Source of the DNA: an uncultured Gemmatimonadales bacterium
GTDB taxonomy: Bacteria > Gemmatimonadota > Gemmatimonadetes > Gemmatimonadales > GWC2-71-9
Assembly (NCBI GenBank): GCA_963695555.1
Contig: CAVOGR010000001.1
Span: 224,001 to 288,000 of the forward strand
Direction of reading: 5' to 3'
DNA: 64,000 nucleotides
Both the position numbers and the translations under genes were made by a program. The first letter of the stretch is position 1. The number at the start of each line of letters is the position of its first letter. Shown in pieces: positions 20,151 to 32,219 of this stretch. The notes beneath the pieces were generated by a model, which worked only from the letters and a program-made list of their open reading frames with translations, had not been told where the DNA came from and did no database searches.

Positions 20151-21466
20151 CAACAGATGCCTTGGTACTTAGGGCCCGAGGCACGGGGGCCGAATGACCG
20201 GTCAAGGTCGATGACGAGCTGATCGTCCCGGATAGCGCTCGCGACGGCCTGCGTGTCGGGACCGTTGTTGCCGATCACGATGACGTCAGCTTCGGCGATC
20301 GCCTCGGTAGGTGTCGATGCCATGAGCGACCAAATGTGCGGTATTTCTCGTTCAACGAACTCACGGTTTGCTCCGAGAATACGAGCCTCCGACACATCGC
20401 GATCGTAAATGCGGAGTTGCAAGCCTTTACCGATCAACATCTCGATGAGGGCCACCATCGGAGATTCGCGCAAGTCATCTGTGCCTGCTTTGAAACTGAG
20501 GCCGAGGACGCCTACTCGCTTCTTACCCGTAGCGAGCACCATGTTGAACGCGCGGGTAACCTGGGTCTTGTTACCATCAAGCACGGCGCGCAGGATCGGA
20601 ACACCAACATCGAGTTGTTGAGCGCGATGTGCCAAGGCACGAATATCCTTGGGCAAGCACGATCCACCGAATGCAAAGCCCGGCTTGAGATAGCGACAAG
20701 AAATATTGAGCTTCTTATCCTCGCAGACGAGTCGCATCACCTCATGGCTGTCGACGCCAAGAGCCTTGGACACATTGCCGATTTCGTTTGCGAAGCCGAT
20801 CTTGAGGGCATGGAAAGCGTTACATGCGTACTTGACCATCTCTGCAATGCGAAGAGGCACGATGTGCACGTTGGCTTCGATGCCCTCATAGAGAGTGGCG
20901 ACCTGCGCCGCGGTAGCAGAATTCTCAGCCCCGATCAGGGTAAACGGCGGCGCATAGAAATCCTCTATCGACGTGCCTTCGCGAAGAAACTCCGGATTGC
21001 TGCAGACATCAATGCCGTGGCCGATGGACTTGCCGGACGCTGCCTCCAAGGTTGGGATCACGAGGTCTTCCAACGATCCTGGTAGCACGGTGCTTCGGAT
21101 CACCACGACGTGAGGCTTGTGCTCTCCTCGCAGTGCCGTCCCGATGTCATGGCATACTCGTGTGAGGTAGGTAAGATCAATGCTTCCGTTTGGCTGACTC
21201 GGAGTCCCCACGCACACAAGCGAGATGGAGGATGCCTGAACGGCCTCGAGCGGGTCCAGCGTGGCCCGGAGTCGGCCCGCGCCGACCATCTCACGGACAA
21301 GATCGCCAATACCGGTCTCGACGATCGTGCTGTCCCCACGATTGATGAGGTCGACTTTTGCGGGATTGACATCGACGCCGATAACGCTATGCCCCTGCTT
21401 CGCGAAGCAGGCGGCCGACACGCACCCAACATAGCCAAGGCCAAATACGCTAACGGAGGTTGTCAT
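20147..21466 (-). CDS. algD: GDP-mannose/UDP-glucose 6-dehydrogenase (AlgD-like)
   Basis: GLGYVG, CVGTPS, NPEFLREG, FGGSCLPKD, FKAGTDDLRESP; C-terminal GICW as in AlgD. Confidence 0.88.
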   Translation of the reverse strand: MTTSVSVFGLGYVGCVSAACFAKQGHSVIGVDVNPAKVDLINRGDSTIVETGIGDLVREMVGAGRLRATLDPLEAVQASSISLVCVGTPSQPNGSIDLTYLTRVCHDIGTALRGEHKPHVVVIRSTVLPGSLEDLVIPTLEAASGKSIGHGIDVCSNPEFLREGTSIEDFYAPPFTLIGAENSATAAQVATLYEGIEANVHIVPLRIAEMVKYACNAFHALKIGFANEIGNVSKALGVDSHEVMRLVCEDKKLNISCRYLKPGFAFGGSCLPKDIRALAHRAQQLDVGVPILRAVLDGNKTQVTRAFNMVLATGKKRVGVLGLSFKAGTDDLRESPMVALIEMLIGKGLQLRIYDRDVSEARILGANREFVEREIPHIWSLMASTPTEAIAEADVIVIGNNGPDTQAVASAIRDDQLVIDLDRSFGPRASGPKYQGICW

Positions 21467-22695
21467 GGCGCCTCTATAACAGAGAAAGGTGTTGCCGTGG
21501 AAACCTTGTCACAAATATCGGCAAAGTTGTGTGCTGCAACGTCCCACCCAAAGGTGCTGCAAACATATGACGCAGCCTGAGCGCCAATGCGCCGCGCTAG
21601 CTCCGGATTCCGAAGGAGCCGTACACAGGCCTGCGCAAACTCGTCTGCAGAGTCGGCGATCAAGAGATGGGTTCCATGAGTCACCGGGAGTCCCTCCGCC
21701 CCGACGGAAGTCGAGACAACGGCGCACCCCATGGCCATGGCCTCGAATATCTTTAGCCGGGTACCACCACCAATCCTCAGCGGAACAATCACCACCGACG
21801 CTCGCGCGAGGAAGGGCCGAATATCGGGCACCCGCCCCGTCACGTCGATACGAGAATCTCGCTCGGCCAGACCCAACGTTGCCTTGGTGGGTTGACGACC
21901 GACGATGGTGAGGGCCGCCTCAGGTATCTCTTGGCGCACTCGTGGGAGAATCGTGCCAACAAAGGATGTTATCCCATCCTCGTTTGGAAGCCAGTCCATT
22001 GAGCCTGTGAATACGAGGAGATTCTGCACGCGTTCCGTATTGGCCACCGGATAAAAGAATGACGTATCAACGCCGGTCGGAACGGCAGACACGGCGTCGA
22101 CGTGGTAGTCCTGTTGCAGGCGCGCGCGATCCTGGTCTGATACGGCGACGACATGGTCGACGTTGTGACATGCAGTCCGCTCAAATGCTACCATGCGCCG
22201 CCATTGAGACCGAAGATAGGCTCGCGTTACGGGATGAGATGCAACTTCCCAGTGTCGACGCCAGATGTCAGCTTCGATATTGTGTTGAAAGAGCACGGTC
22301 GGATGGTGCAACTGAGCCGGAAGGTTGACGGCCGGGAAGAGGAAATCACACACGGCCACATCGATGTGCGTTGTTGTGAGGAGACGTTCACACTCCTGAC
22401 GGAACGCTCGAGAGCGATACTTCCAGACAGCGTACGGAAGGGGTGAGAGCAGGTTATAACAGAGTTCCCTGTAGAAGGCGAACGATTTCTTTTGGCTCGT
22501 CCGAAATGGCACCGTCACTAGCTCTGAGCAGTATTCGTGAGCCTGTTCACGCGACTCTGGGCTCGCCCCGTCGTCCAGTGTCAGGTATGTCACATGATGA
22601 AGGCGATTGAGCACCCGCAGCATGTGGTAGGTCCGGATGCGGCCGCCTTTGTCGAGCGGGTGCAATAGCTCCGTCTTGAGCCACAGGATCCGCAT
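21463..22695 (-). CDS. GT4 glycosyltransferase
   Basis: HPLDKGGRIR, FTGSMDWLPNEDG, GGGTRLKIFEAMAMG. Confidence 0.92.
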   Translation of the reverse strand: MRILWLKTELLHPLDKGGRIRTYHMLRVLNRLHHVTYLTLDDGASPESREQAHEYCSELVTVPFRTSQKKSFAFYRELCYNLLSPLPYAVWKYRSRAFRQECERLLTTTHIDVAVCDFLFPAVNLPAQLHHPTVLFQHNIEADIWRRHWEVASHPVTRAYLRSQWRRMVAFERTACHNVDHVVAVSDQDRARLQQDYHVDAVSAVPTGVDTSFFYPVANTERVQNLLVFTGSMDWLPNEDGITSFVGTILPRVRQEIPEAALTIVGRQPTKATLGLAERDSRIDVTGRVPDIRPFLARASVVIVPLRIGGGTRLKIFEAMAMGCAVVSTSVGAEGLPVTHGTHLLIADSADEFAQACVRLLRNPELARRIGAQAASYVCSTFGWDVAAHNFADICDKVSTATPFSVIEAP

Positions 22696-22697
22696 AC

Positions 22698-24658
22698 CTA
22701 GCTGTGTACCTGTGCCGTTGACTTGAGCTCGAGGCCCGGCTGCAGCGGGCTCTCACCATCGAGAAACGTCCGTTGCCACATCTCCAGGTTGATGAGCGAC
22801 CAGAGCCGCTCATCGTGCCCCGGAACCCCGCGGCGATGTTCCGAGATCATTTCCTTAATCAGGCTCTCGTCGAAGAGACCGCGCGACAAAGCCCGTTCGC
22901 CTGCTACGTACTCGTCGAGCAGGTGGGTGAACGGCCCGCGGAGCCACGCGCCCACCGGCACGGGGAATCCCATCTTCCGGCGCTTCAGTATTTCCGGTGG
23001 CAGGAGTCCTTGCATGGCCTTCCGCAGCACTACCTTCGTGGTGAAGCCGCGAAGCTTGAGCCGCGTCGGGAGGGCTGCGGCAAACTCGGCGAGGTGGTGA
23101 TCGAGGAACGGTACCCGGCTCTCGATCGAGGCCGCCATGCTCATCTGGTCCTGCTTCATCAGGAGCTCATGCAGATAGGTCTTCGCGTCGACGTAGAGCA
23201 GCCGGTTCAGGAGGCTGCGAGCCGCCGGTGCCTTCGAGATAGCCATGCATCGCCGCGTACGGATCGATACCGTCAACGTGGGCCCGCACTCGAGGGGCAA
23301 GCAGTCGTTGCTGCATCGCTCGTGGAAAGACGGCGAAATTGTCGAAGTACAGTGCGTCAAGTGTAGCCGGGAGGCACAGAAATGTTCGCTGGAGCCGTCG
23401 CGATAAGGTGGTGGTCTGCCGGCAGCCGCTCGATGGCGCTTTGGACAAAGCTACGAACTCCCGAGGGCACGCCGCGCTCGATACCGCTCGCCAGCCGACA
23501 GCAGGAAGAGCAGTTTGCTGTAGCGGCCGTACCCGGCCAGCATCTCGTCGCTGCCCTCTCCGGTCAGCACGACCTTCACGTGCTGAGCGGCCAATCGCGA
23601 CACGAAGTTCAAGGCCACGCTCGATGGATGGGCGATCGGCTCATCCTCGTGCCAGATCAGGTGTGGGAAGCGCGTCGAAGAACTCGCCGGGACTGACGAC
23701 GACTTCATGGTGGTCGGTACCGAAAGCGCTGCGGCCACGAGCCGGGCGTAGTGAAGCTCGTTGGCCTCTCGCTCCGCAAAGGCCACGGAAAAGGTCTTGA
23801 TCGGCTCATCGACCAGAGTGCTCATCGTGGCGGTGATCGCCGCCGAGTCGATGCCACCGGATAGGAACATGCCGAGCGGCACGTCGGCCATCAGCCGCAG
23901 CCGGACGGCTTCCCGAAATCGTTCGTGGAACTGCGTCGACCAGGTCGGCGTCCGTGCCAGAGAGGACGAGGGAGTCGGGGCGCAGGTCCCAATACTGCGC
24001 GATCTGGATGGTTCCCTCATGCCAGAGGAGCGTGTGCCCCGCCGGAAGACGATAGATGCCGGCAAACAGCGTCTCGTGGCCCGAAGGGGCATGGTTGGCC
24101 AGGTAATCCGGCAGCGCATTGAGATTCAGGCTGGGGCGGACTGCCCCGGCCTCGAGCAGCGCCTTGATCTCGGAGGCAAAGAAGATGGTGCCGTCGTCCG
24201 CCTGGGCATAGTACAGCGGCTTGATGCCGAACCGATCGCGGGCCAGAAACAGTTCACGAGTGCGCCGATTCCAGATAGCGTAGGCAAACATGCCTCGGAG
24301 GCGCTCGGGTGATCGCGGTTCCGTCCTCCTGGTACAGCCGGAGGACGGTCTCGGTGTCGCAGCGCGTTCGGTAGGCATGGCCCCGGCGCTCAAGCTCAGC
24401 CCGGATATCGAGGTGATTGTAGACTTCGCCATTGTACACCATCTGGAGGGATCCATCATCGCTAGCCATGGGCTGATGGCCCCCAGCCACATCGACGATG
24501 CTCAAGCGGCGGTGTCCCAACCCAATGCCCTGCTCGATGAAGAGCCCGCAATCATCCGGCCCGCGGTGGGCGAGGGTGTCGCGCATGCGCTCCAGCACCC
24601 GCGGGTCGATGGACCGCGAGGCCGTTCGAGGGATGGCGATGCCGCAAATACCGCACAT
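22698..24658 (-). CDS. asnB: Asparagine synthase (glutamine-hydrolysing)-family amidotransferase, multiply frameshifted
   Basis: MCGICG N-terminus, HRGPD, NGEVYN, RDRFGIKPLYY, FLSGGIDS, LTGEGSDE, ESRVPFLD, KMGF spread over several frames. Confidence 0.85.
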
Positions 24659-24662
24659 AGAA

Positions 24663-27045
24663 TCAGGATTCCCTGTCGCTCGGGCTGGACTCGACCTGCC
24701 ACGCCCCATCGGCCACCCGGGCGCCACAAACATCCGCGGAACTGGAATGCCCGAAGACTCTGGTCCCTTCGATCGTCATGGCGCTTCCCTGGAGCATCAG
24801 GAACTCCACGGGCGAACCATCCGGCTCTCGGCGGACCCACGCCCAGGCCGCGTCGGTTTCGATGTGGGATGCGGCCACCGCGTCGCCGTTCCCGATCAAG
24901 ATATCATGGTGGCCCTCTGGGCCGGTGATGTGGAACGCTCTCCCGCCAAGGCATTCGAGCTGCTCCGCTTGGTAGCGTTCCGGATCGTGGCGGCAGGAGA
25001 TCAACGTGGTGATGATGTCGGCAGAGCGACTGTTCGGAACGAGATACGTCAATACGGGTGCCTGAATCCGGTGGCCATAACTCGGCGCTACCCACTCGTC
25101 CGACTGGACCAGGGCGCCGTCCCCGGCAAACACGGAGAGCAGGAGTCCGGTACCGGAACCGTCGGTCAACCTCGCCGAGCGGTCTGCGTTCACTATCCGC
25201 AGCCCCGGGGCTGAGTGAAAGTGCACCCGGATGGCGTGACGATCCGTCGACTCCACCCGATCTCGCATGATCCATCCCAAACGCTTGATAAAGAGGACGG
25301 AGCGGATGTGTCGCGCAGTCGGGTCAAGCCGTTGGAACCCGTCGTGAGATCCTTCGAAGAAATCAAAGCGCGGATGGGTCTTCCATGCATGTAGGGCTGG
25401 CCGGGCAACATGCCCCCATCGGAAGGGCCCAGTGGAGCAGGATGAGGAGACCGTATCTAGGGTTACCGTATTGTGGGCGGCCGAGCCGCGAAAGTACTCC
25501 CGCCACCGTGGCTCGGACGTGTAGCAATACGTCCCTGGATCGATCAGGACGGGGCTTCCTTGTGCGGCCAGATCAAAGCTCAACATGTCCGCATGGGCAT
25601 GGCCCCCGGTAGCTGAGCCATGGATCCCACAGTCGATAATCATGTAGTCTGCACGCTCGCCCCACCCGTCGCGCATGACGTAGTAGCCGCCCTCAGAGAA
25701 TGCCTGTGAGGTACGGCCCGGGGGGGACTTGGGTGACGCAGAGAACCGCTCTATGCCGCCCCGACCCAGGAGCCACACGACCTCGGCGCTCGGGGCGCCA
25801 GCGACAAAGCAATAATCAGGCCGTTCAAAGACAATGCCCGCCGTTGCAAGCGTGCCCCGGAAGTCGTTGGGCTCGGTATCCGACAATGTCACGAGCCTGC
25901 CACCATCGTCATCGCCGATCAAAGGGGATGTACCGTCCGGCCGCTGGATGAACATCAGGTGGTCCAATAGGGCTTCGAGCCGGCTACGTGTGGTGTCCCG
26001 GACCGGGAGGGTGTTGGCCTCCGCGAGAATCAGGAAATGCAGGTAGAAGTCGGCGGTGTAACGCTGGTAGTAGGTCGCTTGCTCGAAGTAGACTCCGTCC
26101 TCAAACACCTGGCTCGTGATTTCGCGCTCGAGAATCTCCTGACCCAAGGCCCGCCAGTGTTCGGCCCGCCGCAATTCCGGTAGCAATAGGCCCAGGTAGA
26201 ACAGCCCCAGCGCCTCGCCCGTGAGGTGCGTGTTGGGGCTGAAGAAGGTGGAGAGGTACCGTTCGATGTGGCGTCCATGGAGGTATAGCATCCCCACCAT
26301 GCGCCGATACACCTCCGGGGTCAGTGCTGGAGACAGGCGGAAGTACTGCACCGCCCACAGCCAGGACATGGCACGAAAGGCAACCTCCAGGCTACTGGCC
26401 CAGTTGATTCCCATGCTTGGTGGATTCGCATCCATCCAAGCAGTGAGATGGGCCACCCACGTGCGTGCGTAGCGCTCCTCGCCAGTGAGCCAATAGGCCT
26501 GGCCGAGCGTGGCGAAGTATTGATGGCGGTTGAGCTCCCAGATGACCTTGTGGTCGCCGACTCGGGCCGCATCGAGATACGGGATCCGGCTCCAGTGGAC
26601 CAGCGGGCCTGTCTTTCCGCTCACCGGGTCGAGGTGCCAGTCGATTGGATTGCCGAACGAGAGGCCGCGATATCCCAGAAGATCGAATGCACCGGCCGCG
26701 ATACGCTCCGCCTTTGCTACAATCGCAGCTGCTTGATCGGGAAACCGCTCTCGAACAGCGGCGAGCGTGCCGTCCTTATCGTCGAACGCCGGGAAGAAGC
26801 GGGTTGGCCGAAAGGTGTGGCGCGCACCTGGATAAACCTCGTCGAGTGAGCCGACGCCCGGGTGCAGTCGTTGCCTGACGGCGCGGGTGGACAGCTCGCG
26901 ACCGGAAGAGTTGAATCCCAATCGTTCCAAACGGACGTGTGCGGCTTGGGTGCCGCGCACCCGGATCTCTTCGCAGGCTGGTACGGCGCAGTCTTCGAGC
27001 GATGTGGAGCAACCGTTGCGATGGACTGGTCGATGGGGCTGACAT
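24663..27045 (-). CDS. Heparinase II/III-family protein (frameshift near 26965)
   Basis: WELNRHQ, NWASSLEVAFR, SPNTH, IGDDDGG, HAHADMLSF, DPGTYCY, AHNTV; the N-terminal MSAPS...RRLRR lies in another frame. Confidence 0.85.
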
Positions 27046-27053
27046 CTCGGTGG

Positions 27054-28115
27054 CTACTGTGCCATCCACGAGTTGTTCATACACTCGAAGCACCGCTTCC
27101 AGGTTTGCCGTTCCAACCGCCTGTGGCACGTGAGGAGCAGAGGGTGGGCGGTTCAGCACCTCAGCCACCATCGCGCGGAGTGCTTCAGGATTCGATGGGG
27201 AATGAGGTGCACACCTTCCGGGCGCATCCCGTTGTCTGTTGCGATGACCGGCGTACCGAGCTGGAGCGCCTCTCGCACGGAGAGTGAGTCGCCGTCATAG
27301 TGTGTCGTCCGGAGAACGACATCGCACCCCGCAATGGTCCGAAGCGTGGATTGGTGCGGCACATCGCCACAAAGGAGTATGTGCGGAGCACTTGTGCTGC
27401 CGGCGATGCGCTCGCGGAGCTGCGCTTCGAGCGATCCTGAGCCAATGATGAGCAGGCCGGCGCCGGGAAACTGCGAACGAATACTCTCCATGCAGTCGAT
27501 CTGGAGTTCCAGATCGTATTCAGGCTCCAGCAGGCCTACGGTCACGAGCACGGGGTTGTGTGAGTCGTAGAATGCCTGGAGGCCCTGGGGAAGCGGGGCA
27601 TCCGCGGGAGCCTGGGCAACGAGTGACGATCCCATCGCATGCGGGGACACAAGGCTGACTCGTTCGGCATCACATCCGAATCGACGAAATAGGTCTACGA
27701 GCTCCTGATTGACCGCGATGAGGTGGTCCACTCTCCGTAGTACGAACCCCCGGAGGGTCCATGGGCTGGCTCGCCGCCCCGCAGCCGTCGTGGGATATCC
27801 ACCCGAGTGGAATGTCAAGACGGACTTTGCCCACGGGAGGAGCGAGCAGACCTGGCTGAGGCCCAGGAGCCGAAGAGTGAGATTTCCGCCAATGTGAAGA
27901 TGGAGGATCTCGGACCGGTGCCGAACCAAGAGTCGCACAAGCTCCCACGCGGAGTTCGGGTAGTACACGTTGTTGCTATCGGCTTGACGGTGACGGGTCA
28001 GGTTGACAACCCCGCACTCGATGTTGCGCTGTCGGAGGAAGTCTCTGAGCGCAACGAGGTGGGTTTGTACGCCGCCATGTGGTGGGGGATAGGGACCGAG
28101 TAGCAACACCTTCAT
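27054..28115 (-). CDS. GT4 glycosyltransferase (frameshift at ~27200; 3' end uncertain)
   Basis: GPYPPPHGGV, DGDSLSVREALQLGTPVIATD. Confidence 0.82.
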
Positions 28116-28126
28116 GGAGCAGCCGC

Positions 28127-30302
28127 TCAGGAGAGAACCGTGGTCAGGTCGATGGCCGTGACGGCCCCCGTTTCAGCGGATTCGAGCATGCGGAGGCAGG
28201 CGATGGTTGCACGAGCGCCGTCCATTGCGGTCACGGCCGGCGCCTCCCCCCGACGAATCGCGTCGACAAAGGCCTCCATTTGGGGCAGGTATCCTTTGTC
28301 GGCAAAGAGCCTGGACTTGGCTCGCCGGAGGCGGCCGAATGTGACGAGCCGCTTGAAATCCTGCGTATGGACCGCGCCGCCAGGCCAGAAGGCCTCGAGG
28401 CGTTCACCGGCCGATGTGCCGGTCCCGACCGTCGTGTAGGTCAGGTTTGCGACGGACCCGTCGGCGAACTGAAAGCTCGCAGCGAGATTGTTGGAGCCGA
28501 CGGGCTCCACAACGTCGGTGGGCAAAGAGAATGAGGAAACGGCGAGGGGCTCGGCGTCCAGCAGCCAAGCGAATAGGTCGATAAAGTGCACCGCCTCTCC
28601 CAGGATCGCTCCCCCGATGGCCGGGTCTGCCATCCAATAGGATCCCGCGATGCCCGGTGAGTTCACGCGGCAGTTCAGGACGGCGGGGCTCGATCGTGCG
28701 GCCAGCCGCCGCTTCAGGCTCAGGTAGTCCGGGGCGAAACGACGATTGAAACCGACCGTGACGAACTTGCCGGCTTGGTGTTCGGCTGCAAGGATGGCGC
28801 GGCATTCGTCTTCGGTCAGGGCCATCGGCTTCTCGACGAATACGTGCTTCCCGGCTTCGAGAGCAGCCACGGCCTGGGCCGCGTGATGTTGATTGCGACT
28901 CGCGATGACGACGATGGCAATGTCGGGATCCCGCAGAATCTCCTGGTAGTCCGAGCAGCAGTAGGCTGCGCGAAACCGGGTTGCGTAGGTCCGGCCACGG
29001 GCGCCGCTGGTCGAGTACACGCCACGGAGACGGACGCCGGCGATCTTGGTGAGGCTGGGGAGGTGTTCCCACCGGGCGATGTTGCCGGCGCCGACCAGGC
29101 CAACGCCGAGCTCCCCGCGGAGTGGGGCCGCTTCGGAGATGGACACTCGTCGCTGGGGCCGGGTCGGAACGTCTTGTTGGCCGGCGCGGTCAGCCGCTGG
29201 GTATCGCAACAGAACCGCGAGACTTCGAGTCGAGGAATCCATGATCGTGTCATAGGCTCGACCGGCCTCTTCGAGGGCGAATTCGTGGCTGATGAGCGGC
29301 GCGACATCGATTCGGCCACCCTCGAGCTGCCTTAGGAATTCCTCCATGTTTCTCTGCTCGGTCCATCGCACGTATGGCAGTGGGTAGTCACGCCCCTGCT
29401 TCTCATAAGACGGGTCGTAGCTTCCCGGACCATAGGCACGCGCCATGAAGAGCTGAATCTCCTTGAGGTACATCTCCTCCCACGGAAAGTGCAGGTCCAC
29501 GGCTCCCACGACGACGATTCGCCCCCGGTCTCGACAGATGCGCAAGGCCTGTTGGCTCGGAGCAGCTGACTTGGCTGCGGCCGCCACGATCGCACAGTCC
29601 ACGCCGATGCCGTCGGTTAGGGCTGCGAGATCTTCTTCGTACCGTCTCCCCGCCGACCAGCGCGTGATCCGCTCCCAGTCGCAACGCGATTGCAACGCGA
29701 TCAGGCAGCAAGTCAATCCCGATCGTCTCGGCGCCTTGCAAGCGTGCGAGCTGCAGTGTCAGCTGTCCAACAACACCGAGTCCGATGACGGCAACGCGAT
29801 CGCCGAGTCCAATGTTGGCGATACGGACCGCATTCATGGCAATGCTGCCCAGCGTGGCGAAGCTCGCGTGATCGAAGCCGACTGACTCGGGAACCGGAGC
29901 GACGAGATTGCTACCGGTCACGATGTACTCGGCGTGGCCGGTGCCCTCGCCACCATAGGCAACCCGGGCGCCAACCGCGATATCCGTAACCGTGGGGTGG
30001 CGGTCGACGACGATACCGGCCCCGGAGTATCCCAGTACCGCATAGTCGCGGAACTTGGCGAGGACCTCGGCTGCGGTCCGAAGCGGGCCAGCGGCGCGTG
30101 CTACCCTCAAGACTGTCCGCAGATGGGAGGGGTTGTCTGCGACCTCACGCAAGATGCCGTCACGATGAATGCTCGCAGTCTCGGTCCCGGCGCTGATGAG
30201 CGAGTACTCCGGCCGGACGAGCACGTGATGTGGCTGCACGATAGGATCCGGGACATCTTCGACCACGATATCCTTGAGTCCTTTACGCAGAACCTGCTTC
30301 AT
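28127..30302 (-). CDS. Bi-domain oxidoreductase (Zn-ADH-like + Gfo/Idh/MocA), frameshift at ~29640
   Basis: SLISAGTE, LGYSGAG, GLGVVG, YGPGSYD..YE, VRWTEQRN, GAGNIA, VEKPMA, GFNRRF. Confidence 0.88.
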
Positions 30303-30371
30303 ATCTCGTCCTCAGGCAGCGTCCGGGGCGGCCGAGTCCTCATGACTAAGGCCGCCTGCGGCAAGATGGTG

Positions 30372-30396
30372 TAATACGTTGCAGTATAACGACTTT
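30372..30396. promoter_or_regulatory. Imperfect palindrome resembling paired IHF-like sites
   Basis: TAATACGTTG-CAGTA-TAACGACTTT upstream of the oxidoreductase operon; similar elements near 13624 and 52427. Confidence 0.35.
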
Positions 30397-30481
30397 GTTG
30401 GCCCATGCCCACCATCCGGTGCCTTGGCGACAAGCCCGCGCGTGCCTAACGAGTTCCAAGCGACGCGATGGACCTGATAAC

Positions 30482-31846
30482 TCACACCCGGGCCATGCCG
30501 ATTGCGGACGCTCCAAGGTCGGAGCCCCGTCGCGCCGGAGAATCGGTCGGTGCGGCACAGCCGAGGCTCGAGATGAGGTGCGCCATCTGCCTCGTCGCAG
30601 ACCATTCGAGGAGCAAGGCCTCGCTTTCCGGTGTTGGGACCAGCGGCTGTGCCTGAAGGGCGGTCTCGAGGGTGCTCTCGATGGCAGCCGGATCGGCTTC
30701 GGTGACCAGGAAATGCCCGCCGACCTGGGCCAGCATTTGCAAGGAGTCCCCGTCGGCGTCACCGAACGCGAGAATGGGCTTTCTCGCGCCGAGGTATTCA
30801 TAGAGTTTGTTGGCCACTTGATGTGGGTTTTTCTGTGCCAGGAGGAGAAGGAGATCTGCCGCAGCAATGACCCGCTGGCACTCTGCATGCGGGATCAAGT
30901 CGATGAATCGTACCAGCGATCCGATCCCGAGTCGGTCGGTGATTTCGTGGAGCGATTGCCCGCCGTAGTAGTGATTAGGGCCGATGAAGTCGACCTGGAC
31001 GTCGGACGCTGTCAGCCCACGTTTGCGTTGGAGTGTGGCCAAGGCACGAAAGAATGGACCCGGGTCCCGATCCTGGTACAAGCTTCCTGTGTGCACGATC
31101 CGAAACGGTCCCGGCCGCCGGGTCGACGCTCGCGGCCGCAGGTGATCGATACCATTCAGCGCCCGGATCACCTTCCTTCGCTGGGCGGATGGGAGCTTTG
31201 CGCGGAGCAGGTTCTGGGTTCCGGTGGTGACGGTGACCACGTGATCGGCTGCTCGAATGCAGCGATCCTCGAACCATCGATTCAGCCCATCCGCCTCCAC
31301 GCTTCGAGTGTGAGCCGGACGGTGCGGATTGTCGACCCACGGATCCCGGAACTCGGCTGCCCAGCGCACCCGAGTCACGGCCTTCACCGCTAAGCCCGCA
31401 AGGTGATCTGAGAATGGGGGAGCGGTGGTGTACAACAGGTCGGTCCGGGACCCGATCAAGTCGATCGCCCTTGCCGCCGCGGGAACGATGAATCCCTGGT
31501 AGTCATCGGGCAGGTAGAGCAGGGACAGGAGATGCCGCTTCCACCACGGGAGTGCCGTCGGCCCTTGGGCCTGGCCCCTCCAGGGCGTAGCGGCTTTGGC
31601 GCTGCGCTGAAGCCTTGTCTGGAGCCAGCTCAAGGCGTGCCGTGGATTCGTGATTGCCCTGACGGTGTGGACCTTGTAACCGGGCTCATCGACCCGCAGC
31701 CGAGCCGATTCTCCGGGTAGGCGAGCGGTAATCACCTGGACCCGGTGCCCAGCCGAGCGGAAGGCCTGGGCGACCTTCGCAGCGCGAAGCGACCCGACGA
31801 CGGGATCGGGCGGAAAGGCATACGCAATCAGGACTACGTCCGTCAC
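30482..31846 (-). CDS. GT4 glycosyltransferase
   Basis: AYAFPP, LPDDYQG, TAPPFS, EFRDPW, HTGSLY, KLYEYLGARKPILA. Confidence 0.9.
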   Translation of the reverse strand: MTDVVLIAYAFPPDPVVGSLRAAKVAQAFRSAGHRVQVITARLPGESARLRVDEPGYKVHTVRAITNPRHALSWLQTRLQRSAKAATPWRGQAQGPTALPWWKRHLLSLLYLPDDYQGFIVPAAARAIDLIGSRTDLLYTTAPPFSDHLAGLAVKAVTRVRWAAEFRDPWVDNPHRPAHTRSVEADGLNRWFEDRCIRAADHVVTVTTGTQNLLRAKLPSAQRRKVIRALNGIDHLRPRASTRRPGPFRIVHTGSLYQDRDPGPFFRALATLQRKRGLTASDVQVDFIGPNHYYGGQSLHEITDRLGIGSLVRFIDLIPHAECQRVIAAADLLLLLAQKNPHQVANKLYEYLGARKPILAFGDADGDSLQMLAQVGGHFLVTEADPAAIESTLETALQAQPLVPTPESEALLLEWSATRQMAHLISSLGCAAPTDSPARRGSDLGASAIGMARV

Positions 31847-31907
31847 CTAGCCAATCCGATCCTGTGCGTCCCTTGAGGGCTGAGTATTTTGCATCCTAGC
31901 CCCTGTG

Positions 31908-31923
31908 TGCATGTTCCAGGCCA
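31908..31923 (-). promoter_or_regulatory. Putative sigma54 promoter (leftward)
   Basis: Minus strand TGGCCTGGAACATGCA (GG-N10-GC), ~60 bp before the GT4 start. Confidence 0.55.
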
Positions 31924-32087
31924 CTTCACTCGAGGGGGAGCACCGGCTCGCTCCCTGCTGCGGGAGGTCGAGCCCCCGGCACCGGCTCCCTGGACGAGGC
32001 GGCTTCGACGAGGCGGCCGAGAGGCGAACGACATGGCCTTAGCTTAGCACTGAGGGGTCTCCCAGGCCAAATCCGGCCGTCAGAGCT

Positions 32088-32103
32088 TGGTACGCCCCAT
32101 GCG
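32088..32103 (+). promoter_or_regulatory. Putative sigma54 promoter (rightward)
   Basis: TGGTACGCCCCATGCG (GG-N10-GC), ~120 bp before the GT2 start. Confidence 0.5.
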
Positions 32104-32219
32104 TAGCGCGGTCCGAAGATCGGTGGGACGGTAAATGATGAAGGTGCTAGGTACCGTTCAACTCGACCGGTCTCGCTCGGATTCGAACATGAAGGTGGCC
32201 GAGGAGGTACAGAGGCGCA

